Source: Geobacter metallireducens GS-15
Lineage (GTDB): Bacteria > Desulfobacterota > Desulfuromonadia > Geobacterales > Geobacteraceae
NCBI RefSeq assembly: GCF_000012925.1
Contig: NC_007517.1
Location: 3,930,001 to 3,962,000, forward strand
Reading direction: 5' to 3'
DNA: 32,000 nt
Shown here piece after piece: positions 13,821 to 22,532 of the stretch. The translations under genes were made by a program, and so were the position numbers. The stretch's first letter is position 1. Each line of letters begins with the position of its first letter. Below the pieces are notes generated by a model that was not told the origin of the DNA, searched no databases, and saw nothing but the letters and a program-made list of their open reading frames with translations.

Positions 13821-16800
13821 ATGCACAGCAGCGAACTGAACGCCAGAATCGTCAGCCGCGGCAAGGAATTTTTCACCAGCATCGCCGGCGAGAAGCCGTC
13901 CCTCTTCGACAAGGGGGCCTGGATGGGAAAGGCCATGGACTGGAGCATGCGGAACGACCAGTTCAAGGTCCAGCTGTTCCGGTTCGTGGACGTGTTCCCC
14001 TCCCTCACCACCAGCAGGCTCCTGACGGAGCACATCCGCGAGTACTTCGGGGATGAGGAGGCAATGCCCCCGTTCATGGCCACTGGGGCCAAGGTGGCGG
14101 GGATGCTCGGCTCCTTCGGCGGCGCCGTGCTGAACCGGGTGCTCACCTCCAATGTCGAGGATATGGCCCGCCAGTTCATCGTGGGTGAAACCACGAAGGA
14201 GGCGGTGAAGAACCTGGAAAAACTCCGGAAAGACGGCTTCGCCGCCGTGGTGGATGTCCTCGGCGAGGCGACTCTTTCGGAGGAGGAGGCCGAGGCCTAC
14301 ACGAACACGTACCTGGAGCTTCTGGAGACGCTGAAGAAGGAGCAGGGAACCTGGAAGGGACTACCGGGCACGGGGGGCGATCCGGATCTCGACTGGGGCC
14401 ACGCCCCCAGGGTGAATATCGCGGTAAAGCCCACGGCCCTCTACTGTCTCGCCAATCCCCAGGATTTCGAGGGGTCGGTGGTCGCCATCCTGAACCGGAT
14501 GCGCCGCATCTTCCGGAAGGTCATGGCGCTAAACGGCTTCCTCTGTATCGACATGGAATCGTACCGCTTCAAGGACATGACTCTGGAGGTCTTTCGCCGC
14601 CTCAGGCTGGAGCATCCGGGCTATCCCCACCTGGGGATCGCGCTCCAGGCCTACCAGAAGGATACGGACCGGGACCTGGACGGCCTCCTGGCCTGGGCGA
14701 AGGAGCAGGGGGTCCCGATCTCCATCCGCCTCGTGAAGGGGGCCTACTGGGACTACGAGACCGTCCGGGCCCGGCAGAACGGCTGGGAGGTGCCGGTATG
14801 GACCATCAAGGCCGAAACCGATGCCGCCTTCGAGCGCCAGTCCCGAAAGATTCTGGAAAACCACGCCGTCTGCCACTTCGCCTGCGGCTCCCACAACATC
14901 CGCACCATTTCGGCGGTCATGGAGCTGGCGCGGGAACTGAACGTCCCCCCTGACCGCTACGAGTTCCAGGTCCTCTACGGCATGGCCGAGCCGGTCCGCA
15001 AGGGGATCCTCAGGGTTGCGGGGCGCATCCGCCTCTACTGTCCCTACGGGAGCATGGTGCCGGGGATGGGGTACCTGGTGCGCCGGCTCCTGGAGAACAC
15101 CGCCAACGAATCGTTTCTGCGCAAGAGCTTTGCCGAGGAGGCCCGGATCGAACAGCTCCTGGAAGACCCGGCCGTGGCGGCGGAGCGGGAGCGGGAAGCC
15201 CGGGCCGCCAGGCCGGAAAAGGAGCGGACGGGCCCCGACGGTCTCCCCCCCTTCGGGAACGAGCCGATGGTGGATTTCACCCGGCCCGACCACCGCGCCG
15301 CCTTTCCGGATGCGTTGGCCCGGGTGCGGACTCAACGTGGAAAAACCTATCCCCTCTTCATCAACGGTAAAGAGGTCCTGACCGCCGAACTCATGCCGAC
15401 CGTGAACCCCAACAACCCCTCCGAGGTCCTGGGGCAGATCTGCCAGGCCGGGACAAAGGAGGCGGGGGATGCCGTCGCCGCAGCCAAGGCCGCCTTTCCG
15501 GCGTGGCGCGACACCGATCCCCGGACCCGCGCCGACTATCTCCTCAAGGCAGCTCTGATAGCCCGCACGCGGATTTTCGACCTCTCCGCCTGGCAGATCC
15601 TCGAAATCGGCAAGCAGTGGGACCAGGCCTATGCCGACGTGACCGAGGCCATTGATTTTCTGGAATACTACGCCCGGGAGATGATGCGGTTGGGAGAGCC
15701 CCAACGGCTCGGCCACGCACCGGGGGAGCTGAACCATTACTGCTACGAGCCCCGGGGAGTGGCCGCGGTCATCGCCCCCTGGAACTTCCCCCTGGCCATC
15801 AGCACGGGGATGGCTGCGGCGGCAATCGTCACCGGCAACTGCGTGGTCTACAAGCCGTCGGGCCTCACCCCCATCGTCGGCTGGCACCTGGCGGAGCTCT
15901 TCCGGGAGGCGAGGCTCCCCGACGGGGTCTTCAACTACGTGCCGGGGCGGAGCTCGGTCATGGGAGACTACTTGGTGGACCACCCGGACGTGAGCCTCAT
16001 CGCCTTCACCGGCTCCCTGGAGACGGGCTTGAGGATCAACGAGCGGGCCGCCAGGGTCCAGCCTGGTCAGGCCAACGTGAAACGGGTCATCTGCGAGATG
16101 GGGGGGAAGAACGCCATCATCATCGACGACGACGCGGACCTGGACGAGGCGGTCCCCCAGGTGCTCTCATCGGCCTTCGGGTTCCAGGGGCAGAAGTGCT
16201 CGGCCTGCTCCCGGGTCATCGTGCTGGACGCCATCCATGACCGGTTCGTGGCGCGGCTCGTGGCCATGGCCCGGGCCATCTCGGTGGGTCCGCCGGAGGA
16301 CCCGGCCCACTCCATGGGGGCCGTGGCCGACGACAACGCCATGAAGAGGATCAGGGAGTACATTGAAATCGGGAAAACGGAGGGGCAGCTCCTCCACGAA
16401 GGGCCGGTGCCGGCCGGCACCGGGTACTACGTCCCCATGACCATCATCGGCGGCATCCGGCCCGAGCACTGCATCGCCCGGGAGGAGATCTTCGGCCCGG
16501 TGCTGGCGGTCATGCGGGCCAAGGACTTCGATGAGGCCATCCAATGGGCAAACGCCCCCCGGTTTGCCCTCACGGGAGGGGTCTTCAGCCGCAGCCCCGA
16601 GCACCTGGCAAAGGCGAGGCGGGAGTTTCGGGTGGGAAACCTCTACCTCAACCGCGGCATCACCGGCGCCCTCGTGGAGCGGCAACCCTTTGGCGGCTCC
16701 CGCATGTCGGGGGGAGGGACCAAGGCGGGGGGACCTGACTACCTCCTCCACTTCATGGACCCGCGAACGGTGACCGAGAACACCATGCGGCGCGGCTTCG

Positions 16801-16832
16801 CGCCGAGCGACGAGGAGAGCGGCCGCCTTTAA
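13821..16832 (+). CDS. putA: bifunctional proline dehydrogenase / L-glutamate gamma-semialdehyde (P5C) dehydrogenase, PutA-like without DNA-binding domain
   Basis: The N-terminal half is a PRODH TIM-barrel (IDMESY, VKGAYWDYE, YGMAEP, LVRRLLENTANESFL). The C-terminal half is an ALDH (WNFPLAI, EMGGKN, GQKCSACSR). ATG 13821 lies 7 nt after AAGGAG. Confidence 0.9.
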   Translation: MHSSELNARIVSRGKEFFTSIAGEKPSLFDKGAWMGKAMDWSMRNDQFKVQLFRFVDVFPSLTTSRLLTEHIREYFGDEEAMPPFMATGAKVAGMLGSFGGAVLNRVLTSNVEDMARQFIVGETTKEAVKNLEKLRKDGFAAVVDVLGEATLSEEEAEAYTNTYLELLETLKKEQGTWKGLPGTGGDPDLDWGHAPRVNIAVKPTALYCLANPQDFEGSVVAILNRMRRIFRKVMALNGFLCIDMESYRFKDMTLEVFRRLRLEHPGYPHLGIALQAYQKDTDRDLDGLLAWAKEQGVPISIRLVKGAYWDYETVRARQNGWEVPVWTIKAETDAAFERQSRKILENHAVCHFACGSHNIRTISAVMELARELNVPPDRYEFQVLYGMAEPVRKGILRVAGRIRLYCPYGSMVPGMGYLVRRLLENTANESFLRKSFAEEARIEQLLEDPAVAAEREREARAARPEKERTGPDGLPPFGNEPMVDFTRPDHRAAFPDALARVRTQRGKTYPLFINGKEVLTAELMPTVNPNNPSEVLGQICQAGTKEAGDAVAAAKAAFPAWRDTDPRTRADYLLKAALIARTRIFDLSAWQILEIGKQWDQAYADVTEAIDFLEYYAREMMRLGEPQRLGHAPGELNHYCYEPRGVAAVIAPWNFPLAISTGMAAAAIVTGNCVVYKPSGLTPIVGWHLAELFREARLPDGVFNYVPGRSSVMGDYLVDHPDVSLIAFTGSLETGLRINERAARVQPGQANVKRVICEMGGKNAIIIDDDADLDEAVPQVLSSAFGFQGQKCSACSRVIVLDAIHDRFVARLVAMARAISVGPPEDPAHSMGAVADDNAMKRIREYIEIGKTEGQLLHEGPVPAGTGYYVPMTIIGGIRPEHCIAREEIFGPVLAVMRAKDFDEAIQWANAPRFALTGGVFSRSPEHLAKARREFRVGNLYLNRGITGALVERQPFGGSRMSGGGTKAGGPDYLLHFMDPRTVTENTMRRGFAPSDEESGRL

Positions 16833-16835
16833 AAC

Positions 16836-17597
16836 TCAGAAGGCAAACCCCACCTTAAGCCCGACATGGTGCGCCACGGAATCGGGCTGGAAGGCACCGG
16901 AGGCTACCAGGACCGCACCTGCGGAACCGGAAGATTTCTCCACCCGCACCGTGTCGGACTGGCCGAATTCCATCTGCTCGTAGAAGACGCCGATCCTCCA
17001 CTGCCCGAATGTGGCGCCGGCTTCGGCGAAAGCCGACGGTTTATTCTTGGGCTCGGTGACAAAATCGTTGTACCCATCCGAACTCCAGTCGGTATGAACG
17101 CGGGTGTACACGGGGAGGGTGACTCCTCCTTCGGCAAACAGATGCTTCGTCGCACCCCGCACACCGATCCTTCCGTAAAAACTGTTCCAGTCCTCGACCG
17201 AAAGGGATCTCAGCCAGAATTTATGGCCCAGCACGGCAAAGGGCGAAACCGAAAAAGCTTCCCCCACCGGCAGCTTCAGCCCCACCCGGACCTCTTCGGT
17301 GGTTCCGAAATAGGTTGTATCACCCTCAAGGGGTGCCCAGGTCCCCACCTGGAATCCCCGGTAGTCGACGTTCCCCCCCCAGACCTCAAGAGACGGCCGG
17401 ATGAACACCCTCTCCCCGACAAAGCCGGTGTAGGCAATGCCGGCACCGCTCACCAGCCCCCTTTCCCTGATAACCCCTTTATCGCTGACGGTTTCCTTCC
17501 AGTCGAAGTAGCCGCTCTTGAGAAAAACTTCGGTCTCCCCCGCCCAGGCAGAGGCGGCCAGGCACACGAGCACACACACCGTGAGAACCAGTCGCAT
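16836..17597 (-). CDS. outer-membrane beta-barrel protein (unknown function)
   Basis: Signal peptide MRLVLTVCVLVCLAASAWA, an alternating beta-strand pattern rich in aromatic residues and Gly, and a C-terminal GLKVGFAF ending in Phe. Confidence 0.65.
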   Translation of the reverse strand: MRLVLTVCVLVCLAASAWAGETEVFLKSGYFDWKETVSDKGVIRERGLVSGAGIAYTGFVGERVFIRPSLEVWGGNVDYRGFQVGTWAPLEGDTTYFGTTEEVRVGLKLPVGEAFSVSPFAVLGHKFWLRSLSVEDWNSFYGRIGVRGATKHLFAEGGVTLPVYTRVHTDWSSDGYNDFVTEPKNKPSAFAEAGATFGQWRIGVFYEQMEFGQSDTVRVEKSSGSAGAVLVASGAFQPDSVAHHVGLKVGFAF

Positions 17598-17847
17598 ACG
17601 TCTTCTTCCTCTCCATTTCTTCCGTTTTCGGGGTCACCAGAATTTTCGGTGACCCTGAGACTCTCTTCGGCAGGGGAGAGAAAAACTTTAGGAATAATTT
17701 TAGAGAGTTGCATGACGGACCGGCGGCAGTCATTCCCTAAGGAAAGCTCGTGCAACAGCCACGGCAAAGGGGACGGATACCTACGGGGAGGACGTTGGAA
17801 TGGAAGGGGAGGGAGAATTGATCAGGAAGAGAATACAGAGGGAGATT

Positions 17848-17872
17848 CCCCCTGCGGGATTACCGCAGGGGG
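17848..17872 (-). terminator. 10-bp GC hairpin downstream of the large lipoprotein gene
   Basis: CCCCCTGCGG-gatta-CCGCAGGGGG, 12 nt beyond the stop at 17884. There is no clean U-run on the minus strand, so terminator function is uncertain. Confidence 0.35.
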
Positions 17873-17883
17873 AGAAATCTTTA

Positions 17884-19440
17884 TTAACTCCACCGCCACC
17901 AATCATAGTCAAGCACGGGAAGTGGCCACTCGTCGACTTCAGGGGTATTGGACATACGTACCAGGGAGTTCGGGGTCTTGAGGTTCATAAAGAATACGTC
18001 ATCGTCATTGTTATCCCATGCATATCCAAGGACGTCGACGCCAATCTGGCCATACACCTCTATCCAGCGGACATCAGCCGGGATGGTGCCGAGGGTTGCC
18101 ACCAGCCTGTTGGTTGCCGCGTCGAAGGACTGGAGCGCACCTCCCCCAAACCCCGTCCCGTCGGTTTTATAGCCGGTGGCCATGACCATGTATTGGGGAG
18201 TTGAGCTGACCGCCGGGGCATAGGTGTTGGAGACTGAGGCACCGACCCAGTAGGCATTGGCAGTCTCGCTCAGGACGGTTCCGTCATCCCTGACGGCTAC
18301 CGCCGTTGGAATTCCTTCCTTAGAGGAGTTGAAATAAACAACTGTCCCCTTGGCTCCCACGAACCCCCACCCGGCTGGGGAGAGGATGACAGGCTCTCCG
18401 CCCACCTTCGGTTTCGCCAGCATCTTTCCTCCCTGGTAATACACCACCTTGGTGTCGGTAAAGCCGAAAGGCATCGCCCATGCGCCATCAGTCGGCACGA
18501 ATGTCTCAGCCGATGTCGGATTGCCGAGGGGCACCTTCAGGATGTTATAGCCACCGTCCGTAACGTAGAGATGATCGCCGTCCTTTACGGTGTTGCCATA
18601 TATACCCGTTGCGGTGGAAGTGAGCCTCCTGAGTTCCCCCGTGGCCACATGGTAGCCATAGAGATCGCCGTCGACCTCCATGAAGATCCCCTCGAGGGTG
18701 GAGTCCACGAACGCGACACTGTTCTTATAGGGGATAACATCCTTGCCGTTCTGGAAGTTCGCATCGTATCGTTTGATCACATTGGCATTGTCTTCAAAGG
18801 CGAGCCAACCGATGATGGCGCCGGTCTGGTCGTTAAGAGCTGAAAGGGGTTCCTTGGCCGGGATCGGTGTATCCGTAGCGCTCATCCCCACCCTGACCAT
18901 CTTATAGCTTGTTCCCGATGCATCTCCTGCTGCCAATGACGCTTGCTTAATAGCTACCGGTTCTACCGGTACCGGTGTGGGTGTAGGTGTGGGTGCTACC
19001 GCGACTGCACGAAAAACGACCTGCGCATTGTTATGGTTGGCAAGGTCGGGTGCAACCGTTTCAATGGACTGAACGTCGGCCGCACTGGAGAGCTGGACCG
19101 GGGCAGGAGTCGCCCCCTTCAGGGCGCTTACCTTGTACAGTTTCCCCCCCTTCACGTAGACCACCGTGCGGGCGTGGAGATCGGTCACCGTCTTGGCGGC
19201 AGCGTCGATGGTGCCGTGTACTATGGTTGCTTCATCAGCATGCGCTTCGCTGTCAACAACCAGGGGGTTTGCGGGATTTGCCGGGTCGACGGCGTGGAGG
19301 CTGCCGGCAAAGAAGCGGTAGGTGTCTGTTTGGGTTGCGGCCGGCGCGGCGCCACCACCACCTCCTCCCCCGCAGCCTGCAAACGCCAGGGCAGTCAGCG
19401 TGAGGAGCACGAAAGGTACTATCCGCCTGAAATATCTCAT
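17884..19440 (-). CDS. large lipoprotein of unknown function (518 aa)
   Basis: MRYFRRIVPFVLLTLTALAFAGCGGGGGGG has a lipobox followed by a Gly run. There is a TPTPTPVPVEP linker, beta-rich repeats with recurring Y/W/G, and a Trp-rich C-terminus DYDWWRWS. SD AAGGAGGA precedes the ATG at 19440. Confidence 0.75.
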   Translation of the reverse strand: MRYFRRIVPFVLLTLTALAFAGCGGGGGGGAAPAATQTDTYRFFAGSLHAVDPANPANPLVVDSEAHADEATIVHGTIDAAAKTVTDLHARTVVYVKGGKLYKVSALKGATPAPVQLSSAADVQSIETVAPDLANHNNAQVVFRAVAVAPTPTPTPVPVEPVAIKQASLAAGDASGTSYKMVRVGMSATDTPIPAKEPLSALNDQTGAIIGWLAFEDNANVIKRYDANFQNGKDVIPYKNSVAFVDSTLEGIFMEVDGDLYGYHVATGELRRLTSTATGIYGNTVKDGDHLYVTDGGYNILKVPLGNPTSAETFVPTDGAWAMPFGFTDTKVVYYQGGKMLAKPKVGGEPVILSPAGWGFVGAKGTVVYFNSSKEGIPTAVAVRDDGTVLSETANAYWVGASVSNTYAPAVSSTPQYMVMATGYKTDGTGFGGGALQSFDAATNRLVATLGTIPADVRWIEVYGQIGVDVLGYAWDNNDDDVFFMNLKTPNSLVRMSNTPEVDEWPLPVLDYDWWRWS

Positions 19441-19724
19441 ACTATCCTCCTTGATAGTTGTAGTAAAACTGCCTTGCCAATACAAAGAGCAAGGTTGTCA
19501 GGCTTGCACCCTGACATGGTGAGAAAAGGGGGTCGTATCCACACTCCCGCCAACTGACACCATGCAAACACGCCCCTCGACTTCTGTCTCAGGCCATTGT
19601 ATTCCTCATGAGACATCACCTCCTGTCGGATTGTTTTACATTCCAATCAGTTGAGCGGAAAAAACCATTGATGGCACATAGGGATTACATAGAAGACTAA
19701 CGGTGGGGCATGGAGCCTTCACAG

Positions 19725-19740
19725 TGGCTCCGCATTTGCA
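19725..19740 (+). promoter_or_regulatory. orphan sigma-54-type -24/-12 element
   Basis: TGGCTCCGCATTTGCA against TGGCAC-N5-TTGCW, with one mismatch and correct spacing. A hairpin TCGGGAAT-N9-ATTCCCGA (19754-19778) begins at about the predicted +1. There is no credible ORF for about 500 nt downstream. Confidence 0.35.
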
Positions 19741-20164
19741 GCATAAGGAATGTTCGGGAATGGTTAGAGGATTCCCGAGAGGTGAAAGCGTCATCCGTGG
19801 CAAAGCCTTTATGCAATTAATCAAGGTTAATGCAATGTGCGTTCCAGATTATAACATGCCAATAAACAGTTCTTTTTTGATTAAAGGATGTGCCCACTGT
19901 AAAGGCGTTCGACGAACTTAGCGGCGTTAATGAAATTTTATGTAATAATTTTCGACACTTGCCCATAGGACCATCGGTAACGTTGCACAAGGACAAAGTA
20001 TTACCCCGATGACCTTTGCTACACCATGGCACTCACCTCCGCCACATGGCCCTTTATATCGCCCACCGGGCATACGTGCTGGAAACCGTCCGTAGGGTCC
20101 GGCCGGGGAACTGGCGGACAATCCCGAAATCCGAAAAGCCTACCCGGGGAGAATGACCGGCCGT

Positions 20165-20192
20165 TTGACAGCAGCCCCTTCACTGTTAGAAT
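20165..20192 (+). promoter_or_regulatory. sigma-70-type promoter for the small conserved gene
   Basis: TTGACA (20165-20170), a 16-nt spacer, then TAGAAT (20187-20192), about 50 nt upstream of the ATG at 20244. Confidence 0.5.
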
Positions 20193-20243
20193 GTGACCAT
20201 AGTCGACCGTTCCGACCAATCTTTTTTCCAGGAGGTGGCACGG

Positions 20244-20456
20244 ATGCTCATACGGGTCAGATATCAGGACAACACCTACGACATGGTGAAGGCGTGGCGC
20301 CTTGAGGAGTACATCGCCACGGGCAAAATTTCCGCCTTCCACCGGGGCAACGAATGGGTGACCGTCAGTCGCGACCAGGTCCGCCACAGCGGCGACACAT
20401 CCTATGGCGGCCCCGAACGGCGCCGGCGTGAAAACAACCTCTCCCGGGTCGCCTGA
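20244..20456 (+). CDS. small conserved protein (70 aa), Geobacter-type MLIRV.Y.D..YDMVK family
   Basis: MLIRVRYQDNTYDMVKAWRLEEYIATGKISAFHRGNEWVTVSRDQVR..., with AGGAGG 7 nt upstream. From memory it resembles a small protein family that is multi-copy in Geobacter (GSU3473-like). This was not verified. Confidence 0.6.
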   Translation: MLIRVRYQDNTYDMVKAWRLEEYIATGKISAFHRGNEWVTVSRDQVRHSGDTSYGGPERRRRENNLSRVA

Positions 20457-20587
20457 CCGGAATTCTCCCATGACCGGTGCCCAGAGGCACCGTTTGCATT
20501 CTTCCAGCCCGGCCGACAGATAACTGTTCCGCCACACCCCGATTCAGACTACACAGTGCCTGTCGGCCCCTGCACGGGAGGCGGCCC

Positions 20588-21280
20588 ATGGACGGTGAGC
20601 AGCCGACCTTCATTTTCGAGCTCCAGAAGGAGCTTGACGCGATTCGGGAAAACTTCAGGGCAACGGCATCTCCTGACGTCGTTACCGCCATGGATCGGTC
20701 TGCGGAGGAACTCATCCGCGCCGGGATCGTGGAACGGGCACTGCAGGTGGGCTCCCCTGCACCGGATTTTGCCCTCCCCAACGCCGTGGGGCGGGAAGTC
20801 CGCCTCTCGTCGGTCACAGCTCGGGGGCCCTCGGTAATCACCTTCTACCGCGGAGCCTGGTGACCTTACTGCAGCCTGCAGTTGCGGGCCTACCAGAAAA
20901 TCCTTCCCCAGCTCAAGTTACTGGGGGGAGAGCTCCTCGCCATCTCCCCCCAGACCCCTGACAAGACCCAGGCGACCCTCCTCAAGAACTTCCTCGAATA
21001 CGAGGTATTGAGCGACGTGGGGAACCGTGTCGCGAAACGTTTCGGCCTCGTTTACCCGGTGGGCGCCGAGGTACGGCGGATCTACCTGGGCTTCGGCGTC
21101 GACCTGGCCGAGTACAACGGCGACGACTCCTGGGAACTCCCTCTCCCCGGCACCTTCGTCATCGACCGGACCATGACCGTCCGGCTTTCCTTTGTGGATG
21201 CAGACTATACCCGGCGCCTGGAGCCCGCCGCAATCCTCGACACCCTCCGGGCAATGCGGGATGTGGGGGGTATTCCGTGA
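20588..21280 (+). CDS. peroxiredoxin-like (AhpC/TSA family) protein with in-frame TGA, probable selenoprotein (W-U-P-Y-C)
   Basis: The track ORFs 20477-20863 and 20882-21280 are in the same frame and separated only by the TGA at 20861-20863. Read through, the sequence gives ...VITFYRGAW-U-PYCSLQLRAYQKILPQL..., the FYRG.WCPYC redox motif with TGA in place of the first Cys. A start at ATG 20588 (MDGEQP) has GGGAGG 8 nt upstream. Confidence 0.65.
20874..20889 (+). promoter_or_regulatory. candidate bacterial SECIS apical hairpin
   Basis: GCCUGC-AGUU-GCGGGC, six pairs including one G-U. It starts 11 nt after the UGA, and the GU of the loop lies about 20 nt from the UGA. A nested alternative, ACUGC-AGCCU-GCAGU (20868-20882), also exists. 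Confidence 0.4.
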
Positions 21281-21912
21281 TTACCACGCTTCTGGAAGGA
21301 AACCGGCGCTTCGTGGCCGAGACGTTCGAGAAGGAGAAGGAGTTGTTTGTCGAACTGACGCGGGGACAGAAACCGACAGTTCTCTGGATCGGTTGCTCCG
21401 ACTCGCGGGTGCCGGTCAACACCATCACCCAGACCAAGGCCGGCGAGGTCTTCGTCCACCGCAACGTGGGGAATATCGTCGCCGCCAACGACTGGAACCT
21501 CTCCGCTGTCCTGGAATTCTCCATCAACCACCTGAAGATCCCCGACATCGTCATCTGCGGCCACTACGGCTGTGGCGGCATCCAGGCCCTCGACGAGGAA
21601 AACAGCGACGACAAATACATTCCCATCTGGCTCATCAACGCCTACAAGGCAAAGGAACGGGTCGACGAAAAGCTCCGGGCGCTCCACATAGATATTCCCC
21701 ATGAGCAGCGGATGAAGCTGATCGTGGAGGAGAATGTCCGCCTCCAGCTGGAACACCTGCGCGAATACCCCTTTGTCCGCAGGGCCGTGGAAGAGGGAAA
21801 ACTAACCCTTAACGGCTGGGTCTACGACATGGGCAACGGCGAGATCAGGATAGTCGCCACCGAGAGTGCGCCCAGGATCGGGAAGGGGACATGCAGCATT
21901 AAAATAAAATAA
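21277..21912 (+). CDS. can: beta-class carbonic anhydrase
   Basis: GTG start overlapping the upstream stop (GTGA). LLEGNRRFV, WIGCSDSRVP and ICGHYGCGGI supply the zinc ligands (Cys, His, Cys). Confidence 0.9.
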   Translation: MITTLLEGNRRFVAETFEKEKELFVELTRGQKPTVLWIGCSDSRVPVNTITQTKAGEVFVHRNVGNIVAANDWNLSAVLEFSINHLKIPDIVICGHYGCGGIQALDEENSDDKYIPIWLINAYKAKERVDEKLRALHIDIPHEQRMKLIVEENVRLQLEHLREYPFVRRAVEEGKLTLNGWVYDMGNGEIRIVATESAPRIGKGTCSIKIK

Positions 21913-21950
21913 CATCGTTATATTTTTCAGAAAATTTACGAACCAGCCTA

Positions 21951-21979
21951 TTGCAATAGCCTTTCACTACTTATACAAT
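21951..21979 (+). promoter_or_regulatory. sigma-70-type promoter of the cytochrome/FeS/NrfD operon
   Basis: TTGCAA (21951-21956), a 17-nt spacer, then TACAAT (21974-21979), in an AT-rich 137-nt gap. Confidence 0.5.
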
Positions 21980-22049
21980 CAACAAAACACAACATCAAAA
22001 TCGGCTTAGCGATCAGCTTTTCCTTCACATCTCTCAAGGAGGCAACCCG

Positions 22050-22532
22050 GTGAAAAGTCATGTCTGGCGCCCCCTGTTCGTGGCTCTCGGTCTCGTCATC
22101 CTCATCCTCGTTGCCAGGGTCTTCGTGGTTCCCGCGGATTTCGGCATCGGAGAGCGGGGCTACATGTACGGCTGGCACCGCAAGGGAAACGAGGAGGAGT
22201 GGAAGAAGGTCACGGTCAAGTACAAGACCAAGGCATACTGCAAGGAATGCCACGGGGAAAAGGTGGAGAGCATCGGCCGCTCCCCCCACGGTGTCCTGCA
22301 GTGTGAAAACTGCCACGGGCCGGCCCTGGACCACCCGAAAGACCCGCCGACTCTCACCATCGACCACAGCCGCAAGCTCTGCATCCGGTGCCACGCCAAG
22401 CTCGACACACCATCCAGCGGCAGGTCGAAGATCCGCGGCATCGATCCCGAGACCCACAATCCCGAGGCCGAATGCAGCCTCTGCCACGACCCCCACCACC
22501 CGAACCTGGAGGAGCTGAAACGCCATGAATAG
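22050..22532 (+). CDS. membrane-anchored tetraheme c-type cytochrome
   Basis: GTG start 7 nt after AAGGAGG, and an N-terminal TM segment (LFVALGLVILILVARVFVV). There are four CXXCH motifs: CKECH, CENCH, CIRCH and CSLCH. Confidence 0.85.
   Translation: MKSHVWRPLFVALGLVILILVARVFVVPADFGIGERGYMYGWHRKGNEEEWKKVTVKYKTKAYCKECHGEKVESIGRSPHGVLQCENCHGPALDHPKDPPTLTIDHSRKLCIRCHAKLDTPSSGRSKIRGIDPETHNPEAECSLCHDPHHPNLEELKRHE

Noticed and set aside
19437-19616. A 59-aa upstream ORF (MSHEEYNGLRQKS...) whose TGA overlaps the ATG of the large lipoprotein gene (ATGA).
   Set aside because: GGAGG ends only 2 nt before its ATG, which is too close. Codon usage is atypical (AGA, AGG, ATA, TTA, CTA) and the sequence has no protein-like features. 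It is most likely the 5' UTR of the lipoprotein gene.
19703-20032. Short ORFs in the AT-rich gap (19703-19921 +, 19636-19824 -, 19817-20032 -).
   Set aside because: They have no SD, no recognisable motifs, and Cys/Lys/Asn-rich translations consistent with random AT-rich sequence.
20090-20160. A c-di-GMP (GEMM-I)-like string (CCGAAAAGCCTACCCGGGG), given how common these riboswitches are in Geobacter.
   Set aside because: I could find only a loose resemblance to the ACGCAAAGCC..CCGG core. The paired-element architecture could not be built, and the best promoter for the downstream gene (20165-20192) lies after it.
20477-21280. The Prx-like gene read as a pseudogene or as two separate genes (20477-20863 and 20882-21280).
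   Set aside because: The single stop is a TGA exactly at the catalytic Cys codon, the frame is otherwise intact, the downstream half lacks its own SD, and a hairpin follows the TGA. Selenocysteine recoding is favoured, although a TGC/TGT-to-TGA nonsense mutation cannot be excluded from sequence alone.
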